64,000 nt of DNA from the NCBI RefSeq assembly GCF_963921235.1, contig NC_086097.1, positions 92,382,001 through 92,446,000 on the forward strand. Reading direction: 5' to 3'. A program made the translations under genes and the position numbers. This document shows positions 1 through 11,752 of the stretch, in pieces (position 1 is the stretch's first letter; every line of letters starts with the position of its first letter). Origin of the DNA: Mobula hypostoma (taxonomy: Eukaryota). The notes under the pieces are model-generated. The model saw only the letters and a program-made list of their open reading frames with translations. It made no database searches and was not told the DNA's origin.

Positions 1-56
1 CACTCTATCTCGGAGTTTTAACATTGAAATATACCAAGTATTAAAACTCCTCAATA

Positions 57-230
57 GAGTATATGTGGAGAGGATGTTTCTATTGGTAGGAGAGTCTAGG
101 ACCAGAGAGCATAGCTTCAGAATAGAAGGACGTCCCTTTAGAACAGAGATGATGGAGGAGAATCTATGGAATTCATTGCTACAGGCGGTTGTGGAGACCA
201 AATCATGGGGTATATTTAAAGCAGAGGTTT
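57..230 (+). mobile_element. CR1 LINE 3' fragment, degenerate
   Basis: gtggagaggatgttt...tctaggaccagagagcatagcttcagaatagaaggacgtccc matches the ORF2 C-terminus (RTRGHSLRIEG-like) of the CR1 at 33284-34840. Confidence 0.75.
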
Positions 231-1444
231 AAACGCTGATACTACAAAGCTTGGTGGGAAGATGACCTGTGAGAAAGGTTCAAGGATTCTGCAAAGGAAT
301 CTGAACACGTTAATAGATAGATCACGTGGTCACATGGTCTTATGGTCCTATTACATTAGCGGTTATATATGTTATATGTTTGAGGATGTGAAAGCTAACT
401 AGAAATAAAATCTATTTTGCTTTATTTACCCTGACCCCAGTAACACCGCAACTTTATCAGTGAAATAAGCTTTACCATGTGTTTGTCCCTGCTTGAGATA
501 AGATCAGGAAAAAAATAGAAAAGCATGGAAACTGGCCGAAAGCAGAGTCAACATACCCTGTCATCTTCCCTTTGAATTATTATGAATAATATATTAATCT
601 CGGTTGTGTTATTTTAGTAGGTTTGAATTTTCTGCTGTGAGACAGGTCCATCAAATGAAGTCCTTGTGCTAAGCAATTTTCTTGGGTGAAGTACATTGCA
701 AAAGGTTGCTACATAAAATGCCCTCATGAGTTTGAAGGAATGACACATTAGCACAGACAGAGAACTGACTGATGGCAGGAAGAAAGAACAAATCAGGTGG
801 GCATCGTGTTCGGTGCCTCAGGGATCAGTTGTGGCCTGTCAAATGTTCGCATTAAGGCTTGTTTGAAATGATGGGGAGTGTTGAGTATACAGGATTGCTG
901 ATACTACAAAGCTCGGTGGGAAGGTGACCTGTGAGAAAGGTTCAAGGAATCTGCAAAGGAATCTGAACACGTTAATGGAGTGGCTGGCAAAGTGTTCGAT
1001 TGAACAGAATATAGGAAGACTAGAGTCTGTTCATTTTGTTCAGTAGAAAAGGCCGAAAAAACGTTACCACTTTGCATATCTTTTTGAGAAGCCACATTGG
1101 CACGCAGGTCATACAAGTCCACCAGGATGGCTTTTCTTTCATAAAGGTCTCATAAGTCTGGGAACACGTATATGTGGCTCCAGGCATGTTAGACCTTGCA
1201 AGCTAATCAGTTTAAGGACAAGAAAGCACATCAATAGCTAACTGGATGTCCATCCTCAATTTGAATACCAAGGTGAAAGTCACAAACTAGACATAACTTA
1301 GAAGCCCCACTAATCTTGAGAGACATACAACAGGATGAGGGAAGACCAAGATTACCCAAAGGCGCACTATCAACACAAACCCCTATCACATTCCACGAAT
1401 GGTAGAGCACATTGCTCCAAGATGAGACAGATAAGGTCATAAGG

Positions 1445-1640
1445 CCATAAAATACAGGAGCAGAATTAGGCCATTTGGCCCATTGAGTCCTCTCCACTAT
1501 TTCATTGTGGCTGGTCGATTTCCCCTCTCTGCCCCATTTTTCTGACTTCTGTCCGTATCCCTCCATGCCCTGACCAATCAAGAGTCTATCAATTTCCACC
1601 TCAAATATATCCCAATGATTTGGTCTCCACAGTTGCCTAT
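1445..1640 (-). mobile_element. CR1 LINE 3' end fragment
   Basis: ggagcagaattaggccatttggccc terminus resembles the CR1 3' ends at 2521 and 33177. Confidence 0.7.
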
Positions 1641-1754
1641 GGAAACATCAACATCAAGATGATGCTATGATTGAGTACCTTCAGTTAGGTGGGCTTGGAA
1701 AGATTCCCCACCACCATTAAAATAAAAAAAAACTGAAACAAATGCAAAAAAATA

Positions 1755-1885
1755 CACACTCAGCAGGTCGGACTGCATCTGTGGAAAGAGGAATAGAGTT
1801 AATGTTTCCAGTCAAGAATTTTCATCAGATATTAATCCTGTTTCTCTTTCCACAGAATGTGTCTGATTTGCTGAGTGTTTACAGC
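1755..1885. mobile_element. Decayed fold-back Penelope-like terminal repeat remnant
   Basis: Inverted arms ctcagcaggtc...tgtggaaagag / ctctttccaca...tttgctgag; the minus strand of 1796-1828 reads CTGATGA-n13-GAAACATT, a degenerate hammerhead core. Confidence 0.55.
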
Positions 1886-1914
1886 TGTTTTTGTTTTTAA
1901 TCCTTAATACCTTA

Positions 1915-2472
1915 CAGTGGATGCACTGTAAAATATCCATACTGGTTGCAACATGCCCCAGTACAGCAATTTCAATGCACAAGAACACAAGATGATCTGA
2001 AGAATAATGGACACATCTAAGTCCATCATGGGCATGGCCTTCCTCAGCACTGACAGCAACCACAGAAGCTGTTTGCCTCAAGGAAGTGGCACCTATCTTT
2101 AAGGGTCCCCACCCCCTTCTCACTTCTACCATCAGGCAGGAGGTACAGAAGCTCGAAGTCCCACACCACCAGGTTTAGGAACAGCTACTTTCCCACAACT
2201 ATAAGGTTTCTTCAACTACCTGCACACCTCTAACCCTACTTCAGGAAAGGAACACTATGGATCACCTCTTACACTGTCATGGAATTGACTTCAATTGTGT
2301 CTTTGTTTCTTTTCCTGCACTGAGGTCTTGCTTTTTTTTCAATGTATAGTCTAAACTTATGTTTAACTTATATCCTGAGTTTCGTCACACCCACATGCCT
2401 GTGATGCTGTTACAAGTTTTTCATTGTACTGTATTTTATTGTATTTGTGCAATGCTGATAAATTTGACTTGG
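1915..2472 (+). mobile_element. Rex1/Babar-like LINE 3' fragment, degenerate
   Basis: ctaccatcaggcaggaggtacagaagc (LPSGRRYRS motif) and ends ataaatttgacttg. Confidence 0.65.
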
Positions 2473-2520
2473 CCTTGCAACATAGAGGAAAGGGCTTCAG
2501 TAGTGACCAACAAAGCATTA

Positions 2521-4265
2521 CATAAGATCATACAGCATAGGAGCAGAATTAGGCCATTCAGCCCATCAAGTCTGCTCTGCCTTTCCATCATGGCTGATTA
2601 ATTATCCCTCTCAACCATATTTTCCTGCCTTCTCCCTGTAACCCTTGATGCCCCAACTAACGAAGAACCTATCGGCTTCCACATTAAATATCCTCAGTGA
2701 CTTGAAAATGGCAATGAATTCCTCAGAGTCACCAATCTCTGGCTAAACAGTTCCTTTGGATCTCTGTTTTAAATGGACATCCCTTCACAGTGTGGCTGTG
2801 GCCTCTGGTCCTAGATTTACCAACTACAGGAAACATCCTCTCCACATCCACTCTATCTACTGTATACCTTTCAATATTCAATAGATTTCATTGCTTCCCC
2901 GCCCCCCCCCCCCGGCCCATTCTTCTAAACTCCAGCAAGTACAAGCTCAGAGCCATTAAACATTCCTTATATATTAACTTCTTCAATCCCAGAATCATTC
3001 TTGTGAACCTCCTTTGGAACCCCTCCAATGCCAGCTCGTCTTTTCTTAGAAGAGGGAACTAAAACTGCTCACAATACTCCCAAGAGCGACCTGGCTGATT
3101 TTTTTATAAAGTCAAAGCATCACATCCTTGTTCTTATATTCTGGTCCTCTCAAAATGAATGCTAACATTGCATTTGCCTTTCTCACCACCAGCTCAGTCT
3201 GCAAGTTAACCTTTAGGAAATCCTACACAAGAACCTCCAACTCCCTTTGCACCTCTGATTTTTGAATTTTCGCCCTGTTAAGAAAATAGTTTCTTCCTTT
3301 ATTCCTCTAAAAGTGCATGACCATACACTTCCCAACACTATATTCGATCTGTAACTTTGCCCATTCTCCCAATCTGTCCTAGACATTCTGCAAACTCCCT
3401 ACTTCCTCAACACTACCTGTCTTTTACCTATCTTTGTATCGTCCCAGTACAGACTCCTGCAGAACACCACTAGTCATCAGCAGCCAACCAGAAAGGACCC
3501 TCTTTATTCCCACTATTTGCTTCCTGCCAGCCAACTAATCTTCTATTATTGCTAGTATCTTTCTTGCAATACCATGGGCTCTTATCTTGTTAAGCAGCCT
3601 CATGTGTGACACCTTGTCAAAGGCCTTCTGAAAATCCAAGTAAACAACATCCACAGACTCTCCCTTATCTATCCTGCTTGTTATTTCCTCGAAGAATTCC
3701 AACAGATTAGTCAAGCAAGATTTCCCCTTTAGAAAACCATGCTGACTTTGGCCTATTTTATCATGCCCTTCCAAGTACTCCAAAACCACATCCTTAATAA
3801 TGAACTCCAGTATCTTTCCAACCACTGAAGTCAGGCTAACTGACCTATAATTTCCTTTCTTCTACCTCCCTCCCTTCTTAAAGAGTGGAGTGACATTTCC
3901 AATTTTCTAATCCTCCAGAACCAATTCCAGAACCTAGTGATGCTTGAAAGATCATTACTAATGTTTCCACAATCTCTTCAACCACCTCTTTCAGAATCCT
4001 GGGTGTTATTTATCTGGTCCACGTGACTTATCTACCTTCAGACCTTTCAGCTTCCCAAGCACCTTCTCCTTAGTAATAGCAACTACACACAGTTCTGCCC
4101 CCAACACTCTCAAATTTCTGGCATACTGCTAGTGTCTTCCACAGTGAAGACTGACGCAAAATACTTATAAAGTTTGTCCACTATTTCTTTGTCCCCCATT
4201 ACTACCTCTCCAGCATAATTTTCCAATGGTCTAAAATCCACTCTTACCTCTCTTTTACTCTTTAT
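2521..4265 (-). mobile_element. CR1 LINE, 5'-truncated and internally deleted
   Basis: ORF 3535..3825 has QHGFLKGKSCLTNL and VDVVYLDFQKAFDKV; CR1-type 3' end at 2521. Confidence 0.9.
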
Positions 4266-4444
4266 AGATCACCAACATGAAGGTTGGTGGCATTGTAGAT
4301 CATGTGCAAGATTGTCATAGGTTACAATGGGACATTGATATGAAGCAGACCTGGGTGGAGAAATGGCAGATGAGTTCAATCCAGAAAAGTGTTAGCATGT
4401 TTAATTTCAAAGGTGGTTAAGGAGGTTTAGCATGTCATAGAACA

Positions 4445-4955
4445 CCCTAACAAACTTTTGCAAGTGTACTGTTGAAAGTATTGTACATGACTGGTTGCAT
4501 CATAGTCTGACAAGACAATTCAAATGTGCACAACATAAGAAACCGCAGTGAATAGTAGATCCAGTCCAATACATCCCCAGCATCAAAAGTATCCAAACGA
4601 GACACTGCATCAAGAAAGTAGCATCTATTATCAAAGATCCCCAACTTTGGTGCCACACCATCTTCTCACGGCTACCAATGTACAGGTGGTCTAGAAATCT
4701 GAAGTCCCATACCATCATACCATGCGGTTCTTGAACCAACCTGCACAGTACATCAGCACTATGACCACTTTGTGCTACAATGGGATTTGAAGTTTTATTT
4801 AGTTCTAATTGTTTTCTTTCATGGATAATTTTGTATAATTTATATGTAATTTACATTTTGCCTGTGATGGTTGTATTTTTGATGCTACAGACTTGTGGTG
4901 CTTTTGCAGATTTTCTCCATTGTGCCTGTGCATACAGGTACTCATGCACATGATA
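4445..4955 (+). mobile_element. Old Rex1-like LINE 3' part; its final bases continue at 15351-15370
   Basis: Rex1-like remnants (gaaagtattgtacatgactggttgcatc; ctaccaatgtacaggtggtctagaa); the 3' end gcacat-GATA-ataaacttgacttt is split, with GATA at 4952-4955 and 15351-15354. Confidence 0.6.
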
Positions 4956-5036
4956 GAAACATAGAAAACCTGCAGCACAATACAGGCCCTTCGGCCCACA
5001 AAATTGTGCCGAACATGTCCCTACTTTAGAAATTAC
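4956..5036 (-). mobile_element. CR1 3' terminus (left piece of a copy split by the L1)
   Basis: Near-match to the reverse complement of the CR1 3' end at about 18005-18088; continues at 15046. Confidence 0.85.
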
Positions 5037-5130
5037 AAGGACATCCTGCTGGCTGTGGATGGAATAACAGCATTTTATGGCTGCTCCTAGTTTACTTTAC
5101 TTTTCTTACCTTCCAACCTGATTTGATACT

Positions 5131-7430
5131 ATGACCACAAGAACTGCTAAAGGTGAAAAAGAAGAAGATCCTTCTACATCTTTGGATTCTATTATCGAAT
5201 TGCTGCAAAAGCACAGAAATGAAGCGTCCGAGGAATTGCAGCGATTCAGGAAGGAATCCTCTGAAGAGTTTCAACAACTTGGCTCTGAAATTAAACGATT
5301 AAGAACAAAACTGGATTCTATTCAAGAAACCTTAACTGAGCACAATAAACGAACAAAAGAGAATGAAGAAATCCTGTCGATTCTGGATGAGAAAATGGAC
5401 AACCTGCAAAAGCGTTATGAGAAACAATCCAAAGTTAACAACGGACTAAGACAGAAGATTACTGATTTAGAAAACAGAAGAGGTGTCCCCCGCTTTTCGA
5501 ACGTTTGCTTTACGAAACCTCACTGTTACAAAAGACCTACATTAGTACCCTATTTTCGCTTTCAGAAGGTGTTTTCACTGTTATGAAAAAAAAATTCAGC
5601 ACGCGATAAAAAATCAGCGCACGAAAAAATCAGTGTGTGATAAAAGGCAGCACGCCCCGAGCAGCCGCTCTCCCCTGGATTCTCGCCGGCATTGCTTAAA
5701 CACGAGCCTGTGAGCAGCCGTTTGCAAGATGAGTTCTATAGTATCGGAAAAGCCTGAAAGAGCTCATAAGGGTGTTACACTTACGGTAAAACTAGACATA
5801 ATTAAACGTTTTGATCATGGCAAACGATGTAAGGACAACGTGAGTTTGGCTTGTGGAAGTTGACAAAGATGATGTTGAAGAGGTTTTGGCATCCCATCAT
5901 CAAGAACTGACAGATGAAGAGCTGCTGCAATTGGAAGAAAAAAGGATAACAATCGAAACCGAATGAGTAATGATAAAGTAAGACTTTAATTTTGAAAGGG
6001 TACGTCGGTTTAGGGGATATTTGCAGGATGGTTTGAGTCCTTATTAAAGAACTGTGTGATAGAAAAATACGCGAGGCTCAGCAGTCAAGTAAGCCTTCAC
6101 ATCAGCCACAGCAGACGACGAACCTCGACCTTCGACATCGAGGCGGGCAGTCATAGGAGAAGATGAGCTGCCTGCTGTAATGGAAATAGGCGACGAGATG
6201 ACACCCTAGTGTCCCACCACCCCAACCCCCAGGCTACGGACAGATACTAATTCGCGGAGAATGCAAAGGTAGCCGGGAGGCACACAGCACATCTTCAAGA
6301 AAAAAGCCGAAATAAACATGCCAATTAATTAAGTGCCGCCGACACGTAATTGTCGGCCCAGATCAGAGACGATGCAATCGGAAATCTGCACTGATCTGGG
6401 CTGACAATTATGGGCGGCACCTAATTAATTAGCATGATTGTTTCGGCTTTTTTCTTAAAGATGTGTTGTGTACCTCTCAGCTATCACTGGACCTCTGCAT
6501 TCTTCGCGGCAATGTATCGCTCAGCGGCCTGGAGGGTGGGGCCCACTACACCACCCAAACTCCGACTCAGTCTAACACACCATCATCAGTGTGCTCGGCG
6601 CTGAACCAATTCCGGTAAGTGATATTACACTGTACATACATTATTTCTACTTTATATAGGCTGTGTATTTTTACGTGTTATTTGGTATGATTTGGCAGCT
6701 TCATAGCTTAAAGGTTACTGGAGAGCGCTTGCGCATGTTTTTGCCAACAGCGCTTGCGTGAGATTTTTGCTCCAGAGAACAGTTCAGTAATGATTGTGGA
6801 AAAGCATTTCTACTTTATATAGGCTGTGTATTTATCATATCATTCCTGCTTTTGCTATATGTTACTGTTATTTTAGGTCTTATGTGTTATTTGGCATGAT
6901 TTGGTAGGTTATTTTTGGGTCTGCGAACGCTCACAAAATTTTCCCATATAAATAAATGGTAATTGCTTCTTCGCTTTACGATATTTCGGCTTACGAACCG
7001 TTTCATAGGAACGCTCTACCTTCGGATGGCTGGGAAAACCTGTAGAAGGAATAATGTACACATTCTTGGTCTTGAAGAGTTAACTGAAGGTGATCATTCT
7101 AAGGAATTTTTTGCAAACTTTCTGGTTCAGTTATTTCCTGATATTTTAAAATCGACACCAATGATCGACCGAGAGCACAGAGTACCTGGAAACAGAATGT
7201 TTGCAAGCAAATCTCGTTCAGTAATAATCGCTTTTCATGAGTTTCAAACAAAGGACCGTATAATTCGTGAACCTTGTCGGAAAGGTATGATTGATCATAA
7301 TGGTAAGAAGATTAGAATTGTTGAAGATTTCTTAGCAGAGATTATGAGGGAGCGTGCTAAGTTTAAAAGCGTCATGTCAAGTTCTACAACAAGGATTTTA
7401 AACCTTCTCTACAGTATCTGGCGAAGCTGA
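5131..7430 (+). pseudogene. L1 ORF1p pseudogene, split by a Tigger-like insertion
   Basis: Coiled coil ending ...KITDLENR (5131-5480) rejoins RRNNVHILGLEE...IDREHRV (from 7043), restoring the L1 ORF1 motif ENRSRRNN; 3' boundary approximate. Confidence 0.85.
5481..7042 (+). mobile_element. Tigger/pogo-type DNA transposon, internal-deletion derivative (1562 bp)
   Basis: Imperfect TIRs (aggtgtcccccgcttttcgaa / ttcggatggctgggaaaacctg) followed by TA at 7043-7044; transposase remnants MSSIVSEKPERAHKGVTLTVKLDIIKRFDHG (ATG 5729, CENP-B-type N-terminus) and EVDKDDVEEVLASHHQELTDEELLQL. Confidence 0.85.
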
Positions 7431-7558
7431 GAATTACACTGCAGGATGAATTGCAGAAATGCTTCCATTCGAGTCTTCAGGCCCAGAAATTTTTAGAGTC
7501 AGTAAAGTGGTTGCTTATTATTTGTTACATGAATAACTGTCTATTTTACCTTTGCTAA

Positions 7559-7670
7559 GGAGGGAGGGAGGGAATGTCGACTCAGACCACGAGAGGCCTG
7601 CATCAGGCATTTTCATGCCTTACAAGGCGCAGATTGGAAGTCTATGTGGTGCGCCTCTCCTCGCACAGAC
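7559..7670 (-). mobile_element. Short retroposed 3'-end fragment (RTE-related) in the L1 inter-ORF spacer
   Basis: (GGGA)n tail then gtcgactcag, as at the RTE end near 26568; flanked by ttacctttgctaa (7546-7558) and ttaccttcactaa (7671-7683). Confidence 0.55.
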
Positions 7671-8972
7671 TTACCTTCACTAAACTTTGTACTTAACTCT
7701 TTCTTTTTGAACTTTTTAAGGCTTTATTTTGAGAATAAGACTTTAATGTGCTAATACTTTGTCTGCTAAGTTTAAAAATGCCATGTTAGAGCTGTTTAAC
7801 AAAAACTTACATGAATAATTGTGTATTTTGCCTCTGGTGAATCTTGTAGTCAATTCTCTTTTTGAACCTTTTAAGGATTTACTTTGAGAATAAGATTTTA
7901 ATGAGCTAATATTCTGTGTGTCCATATTATTTTATATTATACTTACTTTTCTAGAGCTCTTGATAGCAGAATTAACTGTTTCTTTATTATCTGTTGTTCT
8001 GACTAGGTTGGAATATTTCTAACTTTGAAATTTATTTGGGGCTAAGCCAGCAGGATTTTTGGGGGGATGTTGCTATTAGTTGTAGGCGTCGACTTTCACT
8101 CTTTGGGAGGGGGAAGAGTGTTTGGGTTTTTTTTCTTGGAAGCTGTTTGGGATTCTTAGTCAAATCTGTTGTTTGGTTTCCGTATCTCATAGGTCATTGT
8201 TTAGTTTTATTAATCTTAAGGATTATCCCTTTAATTTTTCTTTTAAATAATAATAAAATGGATTATAATATTAAATTACTTAGTCTTAATGAGAAAGGAC
8301 TAAATCACCCTTTGAAACCAAATAAGATTTTTGTCTATATTAAAAAATTTAAGGTCCCAATTATTTTTTTACAAGAAACCCACATGCACAATTCTGATAA
8401 CTCATGCCTTTTTAGCCATTGGAGAGAATTTCACTTTCATTCTTGTTTTCAGGCCAAATCTAGGGGAGTTTCAATTATTATAGAAAATACAGTTTCCTTT
8501 GTTCAACACAAGGTTGTTTCTGATACTAATGGGCAATTTGTTATAATATCAGGGAAATTAGAGAATAAATTGGTGGTATTTGCTAATGTTTATGCTCCAA
8601 ATATAGACGATCCAGGATTCTTTGAGCATTTTTTTTCATTTCTGCCTGATCTGAGTTTGTACTCATTGGTGATGGCCGGAGACTTTAATTGCTGGTTAGA
8701 TCCAGTTTTAGATTGGTCTTCTTTTAAACCAGCGACACTTAATAAATCAGTTTTGTTTCTTCATTCATTTCTAATGTAATGTGATATTGTTGATATATGA
8801 CATTTTTATACCCAGCAGATAGAGAATACTCGTTTTTCTCTCATGTTCATCATACGTATTCCAGAATTGACTATTTTTTTTATTGATAACCAAATGATTC
8901 CATTAGTACGATCTTGTGAACATAAAGAGATTGCTATTTCTGACCATGCTCCTGTGCTTTTATTCATAAATC

Positions 8973-9914
8973 ATAGTCATAGTCATAGTCATAGTCATAC
9001 TTTATTAATCCCAGGGGAAATTGGTTTTCGTTACAGTTGCTCCATAAATAATAAATAGTAATAGAACATAAATAGTTAAATTATAATATGTAAATTATGC
9101 CAGTAAATTATGGAATAAGTCCAGGACCAGCCTATTGGCTCAGGATGTCTGACCCTCCAAGGGAGGAGTTGTAAAGTTTGATGGCCACAGGCAGGAATGA
9201 CTTCCTATGATGCTCAGTGCTGCATCTCGGTGGAACGAGTCTCTGGCTGAATGTACTCCTGTGCCCAACCAGTACATTATGTAGTGGATGGGAGACATTG
9301 ACCAAGATGGCATGCAACTTAGACAGCATCCTCTTTTCAGACACCACCGTCAGAGAGTCCAGTTCCATCCCCACAACATCACTGGCCTTACGAATGAGTT
9401 TGTTGATTCTGTTGGTGTCTGCTACCCTCAGCCTGCTGCCCCAGCACACAACAGCAAACATGATAGCACTGGCCACCACAGACTCATAGAACATCCTCAG
9501 CATCATCCGGCAGATGTTAAAGGACCTCAGTCTCCTCAGGAAATAGAGACAGCTCTGACCCTTCTTGTAGACAGCCTCAGTGTTCTTTGACCAGTCCAGT
9601 TTATTGTCAATTCATATCCCCAGGTATTTGTAATCCTCCACCGTGTCCACACTGACCTCCTGGATGGAAACAGGGGTCACCGGTACCTTAGCTCTCCTCA
9701 GGTCTACCACCAGCTCCTTAGTCTTTTTCACATTAATTTGCAGATAATTCTGCTCACATCATGTGACAAAGTTTCCTACCGTAGCCCTGTACTCAGCCTC
9801 ATCTCCCTTGCTGATGCATCCAACTATGGCAGAGTCATCAGAAAACTTCTGAAGATGACAAGAGTCTGTGCAGTAGTTGAAGTCCGAGGTGTAAATGGTG
9901 AAGAGAAACGGAGA
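8973..9914 (-). mobile_element. Rex1/Babar-like LINE, 5'-truncated, relatively young
   Basis: (CATAGT)n tail at 8971-8999; ORF pieces FTIYTSDF...QKFSDDSAIVG and MFYESVVASAIMFAVVCWG; removing it restores the L1 sequence SDHAPVLLFINLPGFPQTNRFWRFN. Confidence 0.85.
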
Positions 9915-11319
9915 GAGGGAGAATTTTAAGTTCCCTGGCCCCCACCGCTTTATTTTCACCATGGATGTCCAGTCCTTATATACTTCCATCCCCCATCAGG
10001 AAGGTCTTAAAGCTCTACGCTTCTTTTTGGATTCCAGACCTAATCAGTTCCCCTCTACCACCACTCTGCTCCATCTAGCGGAATTAGTCCTTACTCTTAA
10101 TAATTTCTCCTTTGGCTCCTCCCACTTCCAAACTAAAGGTGTAGCTATGGGCACCCGTATGGGTCCTAGCTATGCGTGCCTTTTTGTTGGCTTTGTGGAA
10201 CAATCTATGTTCCGTGCCTATTCTGGTATCTGTCCACCACTTTTCCTCCGCTACATCGATGACTGCATTGGCGCTGCTTCCTGCATGCATGCAGAACTCG
10301 TTGACTTTATTAACTTTGCCTCCAACTTTCACCCTGCCCTCAAGTTTACCTGGTCCTTTTCCGACATCTCCCTCCCGTTTCTAGATCTTTCTGTCTCTGT
10401 CTCTGGAGACAGCTTATCCACTGATGTCTACTATAAGCCTACTGACTCTCACAGCTATCTGGACTATTCCTCTTCTCACCCTGTCTCTTGCAAAAACGCC
10501 ATCCCCTTCTCGCAATTCCTCCGTTTCCGCCGCATCTGCTCTCAGGATGAGGCTTTTCATTCTAGGACGAGGGAGATGTCCTCCTTTTTTAAAGAAAGGG
10601 GCTTCCCTTCCTCCACTATCAACTCTGCTCTTAAACGCATCTCCCCCATTTCACGTACATCTGCTCTCACTCCATCCTCCCACCACCCCACTAGGAATAG
10701 GGTTCCCCTGGTCCTCACCTACCACCCCACCAGCCTCCGGGTCCAACATATTATTCTCCGTAACTTCCTCCACCTCCAACGGGATCCCACCACTAAGCAC
10801 ATCTTTCCCTCCCTGCCTCTCTCTGCATTCCGCAGGGATCGCTCCCTACACAACTCCCTTGTCCATTCGTCCACCCCATCCCTCCCCACTGATCTCCCTC
10901 CTGGCACTTATCCGTGTAAGCGGAACAAGTGCTGCACATGCCCTTACACTTCCTCCCTTACCACCATTCAGGGCCCCAAACAGTCCTTCCAGGTGAGGCA
11001 TCACTTCACCTGTGAGTCGACTGGGGTGATATACTGCGTCCGGTGCTCCCGATGTGGCCTTTTATATATTGGCGAGACCCGACGCAGACTGGGAGACCGC
11101 TTTGCTGAACATCTACGCTTTGTCCGCCAGAGAAAGCAGGATCTCCCAGTGGCCACACATTTTAATTCCACATCCCATTCCCATTCTGACATGTCTATCC
11201 ATGGCCTCCTCTGCTGTAAAGATGAAGCCACACTCAGGTTGGAGGAACAACACCTTATATTCCGTCTGGGTAGCCTCCAACCTGATGGCATGAACATCGA
11301 CTTCTCTAACTTCCGCTAA
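9895..11319 (+). CDS. Penelope-like RT (N-terminally truncated) + Cys linker + GIY-YIG endonuclease, uninterrupted 474-aa frame
   Basis: MDVQSLYTSIP, GVAMGTRMGPSYA, LRYIDD, PFLD, CKRNKCCTC linker, VIYCVRCSRCGLLYIGETRRRLGDRFAEH. Confidence 0.88.
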   Translation: MVKRNGERENFKFPGPHRFIFTMDVQSLYTSIPHQEGLKALRFFLDSRPNQFPSTTTLLHLAELVLTLNNFSFGSSHFQTKGVAMGTRMGPSYACLFVGFVEQSMFRAYSGICPPLFLRYIDDCIGAASCMHAELVDFINFASNFHPALKFTWSFSDISLPFLDLSVSVSGDSLSTDVYYKPTDSHSYLDYSSSHPVSCKNAIPFSQFLRFRRICSQDEAFHSRTREMSSFFKERGFPSSTINSALKRISPISRTSALTPSSHHPTRNRVPLVLTYHPTSLRVQHIILRNFLHLQRDPTTKHIFPSLPLSAFRRDRSLHNSLVHSSTPSLPTDLPPGTYPCKRNKCCTCPYTSSLTTIQGPKQSFQVRHHFTCESTGVIYCVRCSRCGLLYIGETRRRLGDRFAEHLRFVRQRKQDLPVATHFNSTSHSHSDMSIHGLLCCKDEATLRLEEQHLIFRLGSLQPDGMNIDFSNFR

Positions 11320-11752
11320 TGCCCCACCTCCCCCTCGTACCCCATCTGTTACTTATTTTTAGGCACACATTCTTTCTCTCACTCTCCTTTTTCTTCCTCT
11401 GTCCCTCTGAATATACCTTTTGCCCATCCTCTGGGTCCCCCCCCACCGCCTTGTCTTTCTTCCCGGACCTCCTGACCCATGATCCTCTCGTATCCCCTTT
11501 TGCCTATCACCTGTCCAGCTCTTGGCTCTATCCCTCCCCCTCCTGTCTTCTCCTATCATTTTGGATCTCCCCCTCCCCCTCCAACTTTCAAATCCCTTAC
11601 TCACTCCTCCTTCAGTTAGTCCTGACGAAGGATCTCGGCCTGAAACGTCGACTGCACCTCTTCCTACAGATGCTGCTTGGCCTGCTGCGTTCACCAGCAA
11701 CTTTGATGTGTGTTGCTTGAATTTCCAGCATCTGCAGAATTCCTGTTGTTTG
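9915..11752 (+). mobile_element. Penelope-like element (Neptune-type), 5'-truncated, with 3' terminal repeat
   Basis: RT plus GIY-YIG ORF; hammerhead motif in the 3' terminal repeat; TSD ACGGAGA at 9908-9914 and 11753-11759. Confidence 0.92.
11618..11653 (+). ncRNA. Minimal type I hammerhead ribozyme motif in the Penelope terminal repeat
   Basis: AGTC-CTGACGA-AGG(atctcgg)CCT-GAAA-C-GTC-GACT: stem I AGTC/GACT, conserved core, stem II AGG/CCT, GUC cleavage triplet. Confidence 0.8.

Noticed and set aside
9759..9989. 76-aa minus-strand ORF, and similar junction ORFs at 5131..5586, 6963..7430 and 11522..11995
   Set aside because: Chimeric read-throughs across transposon junctions, not genes.
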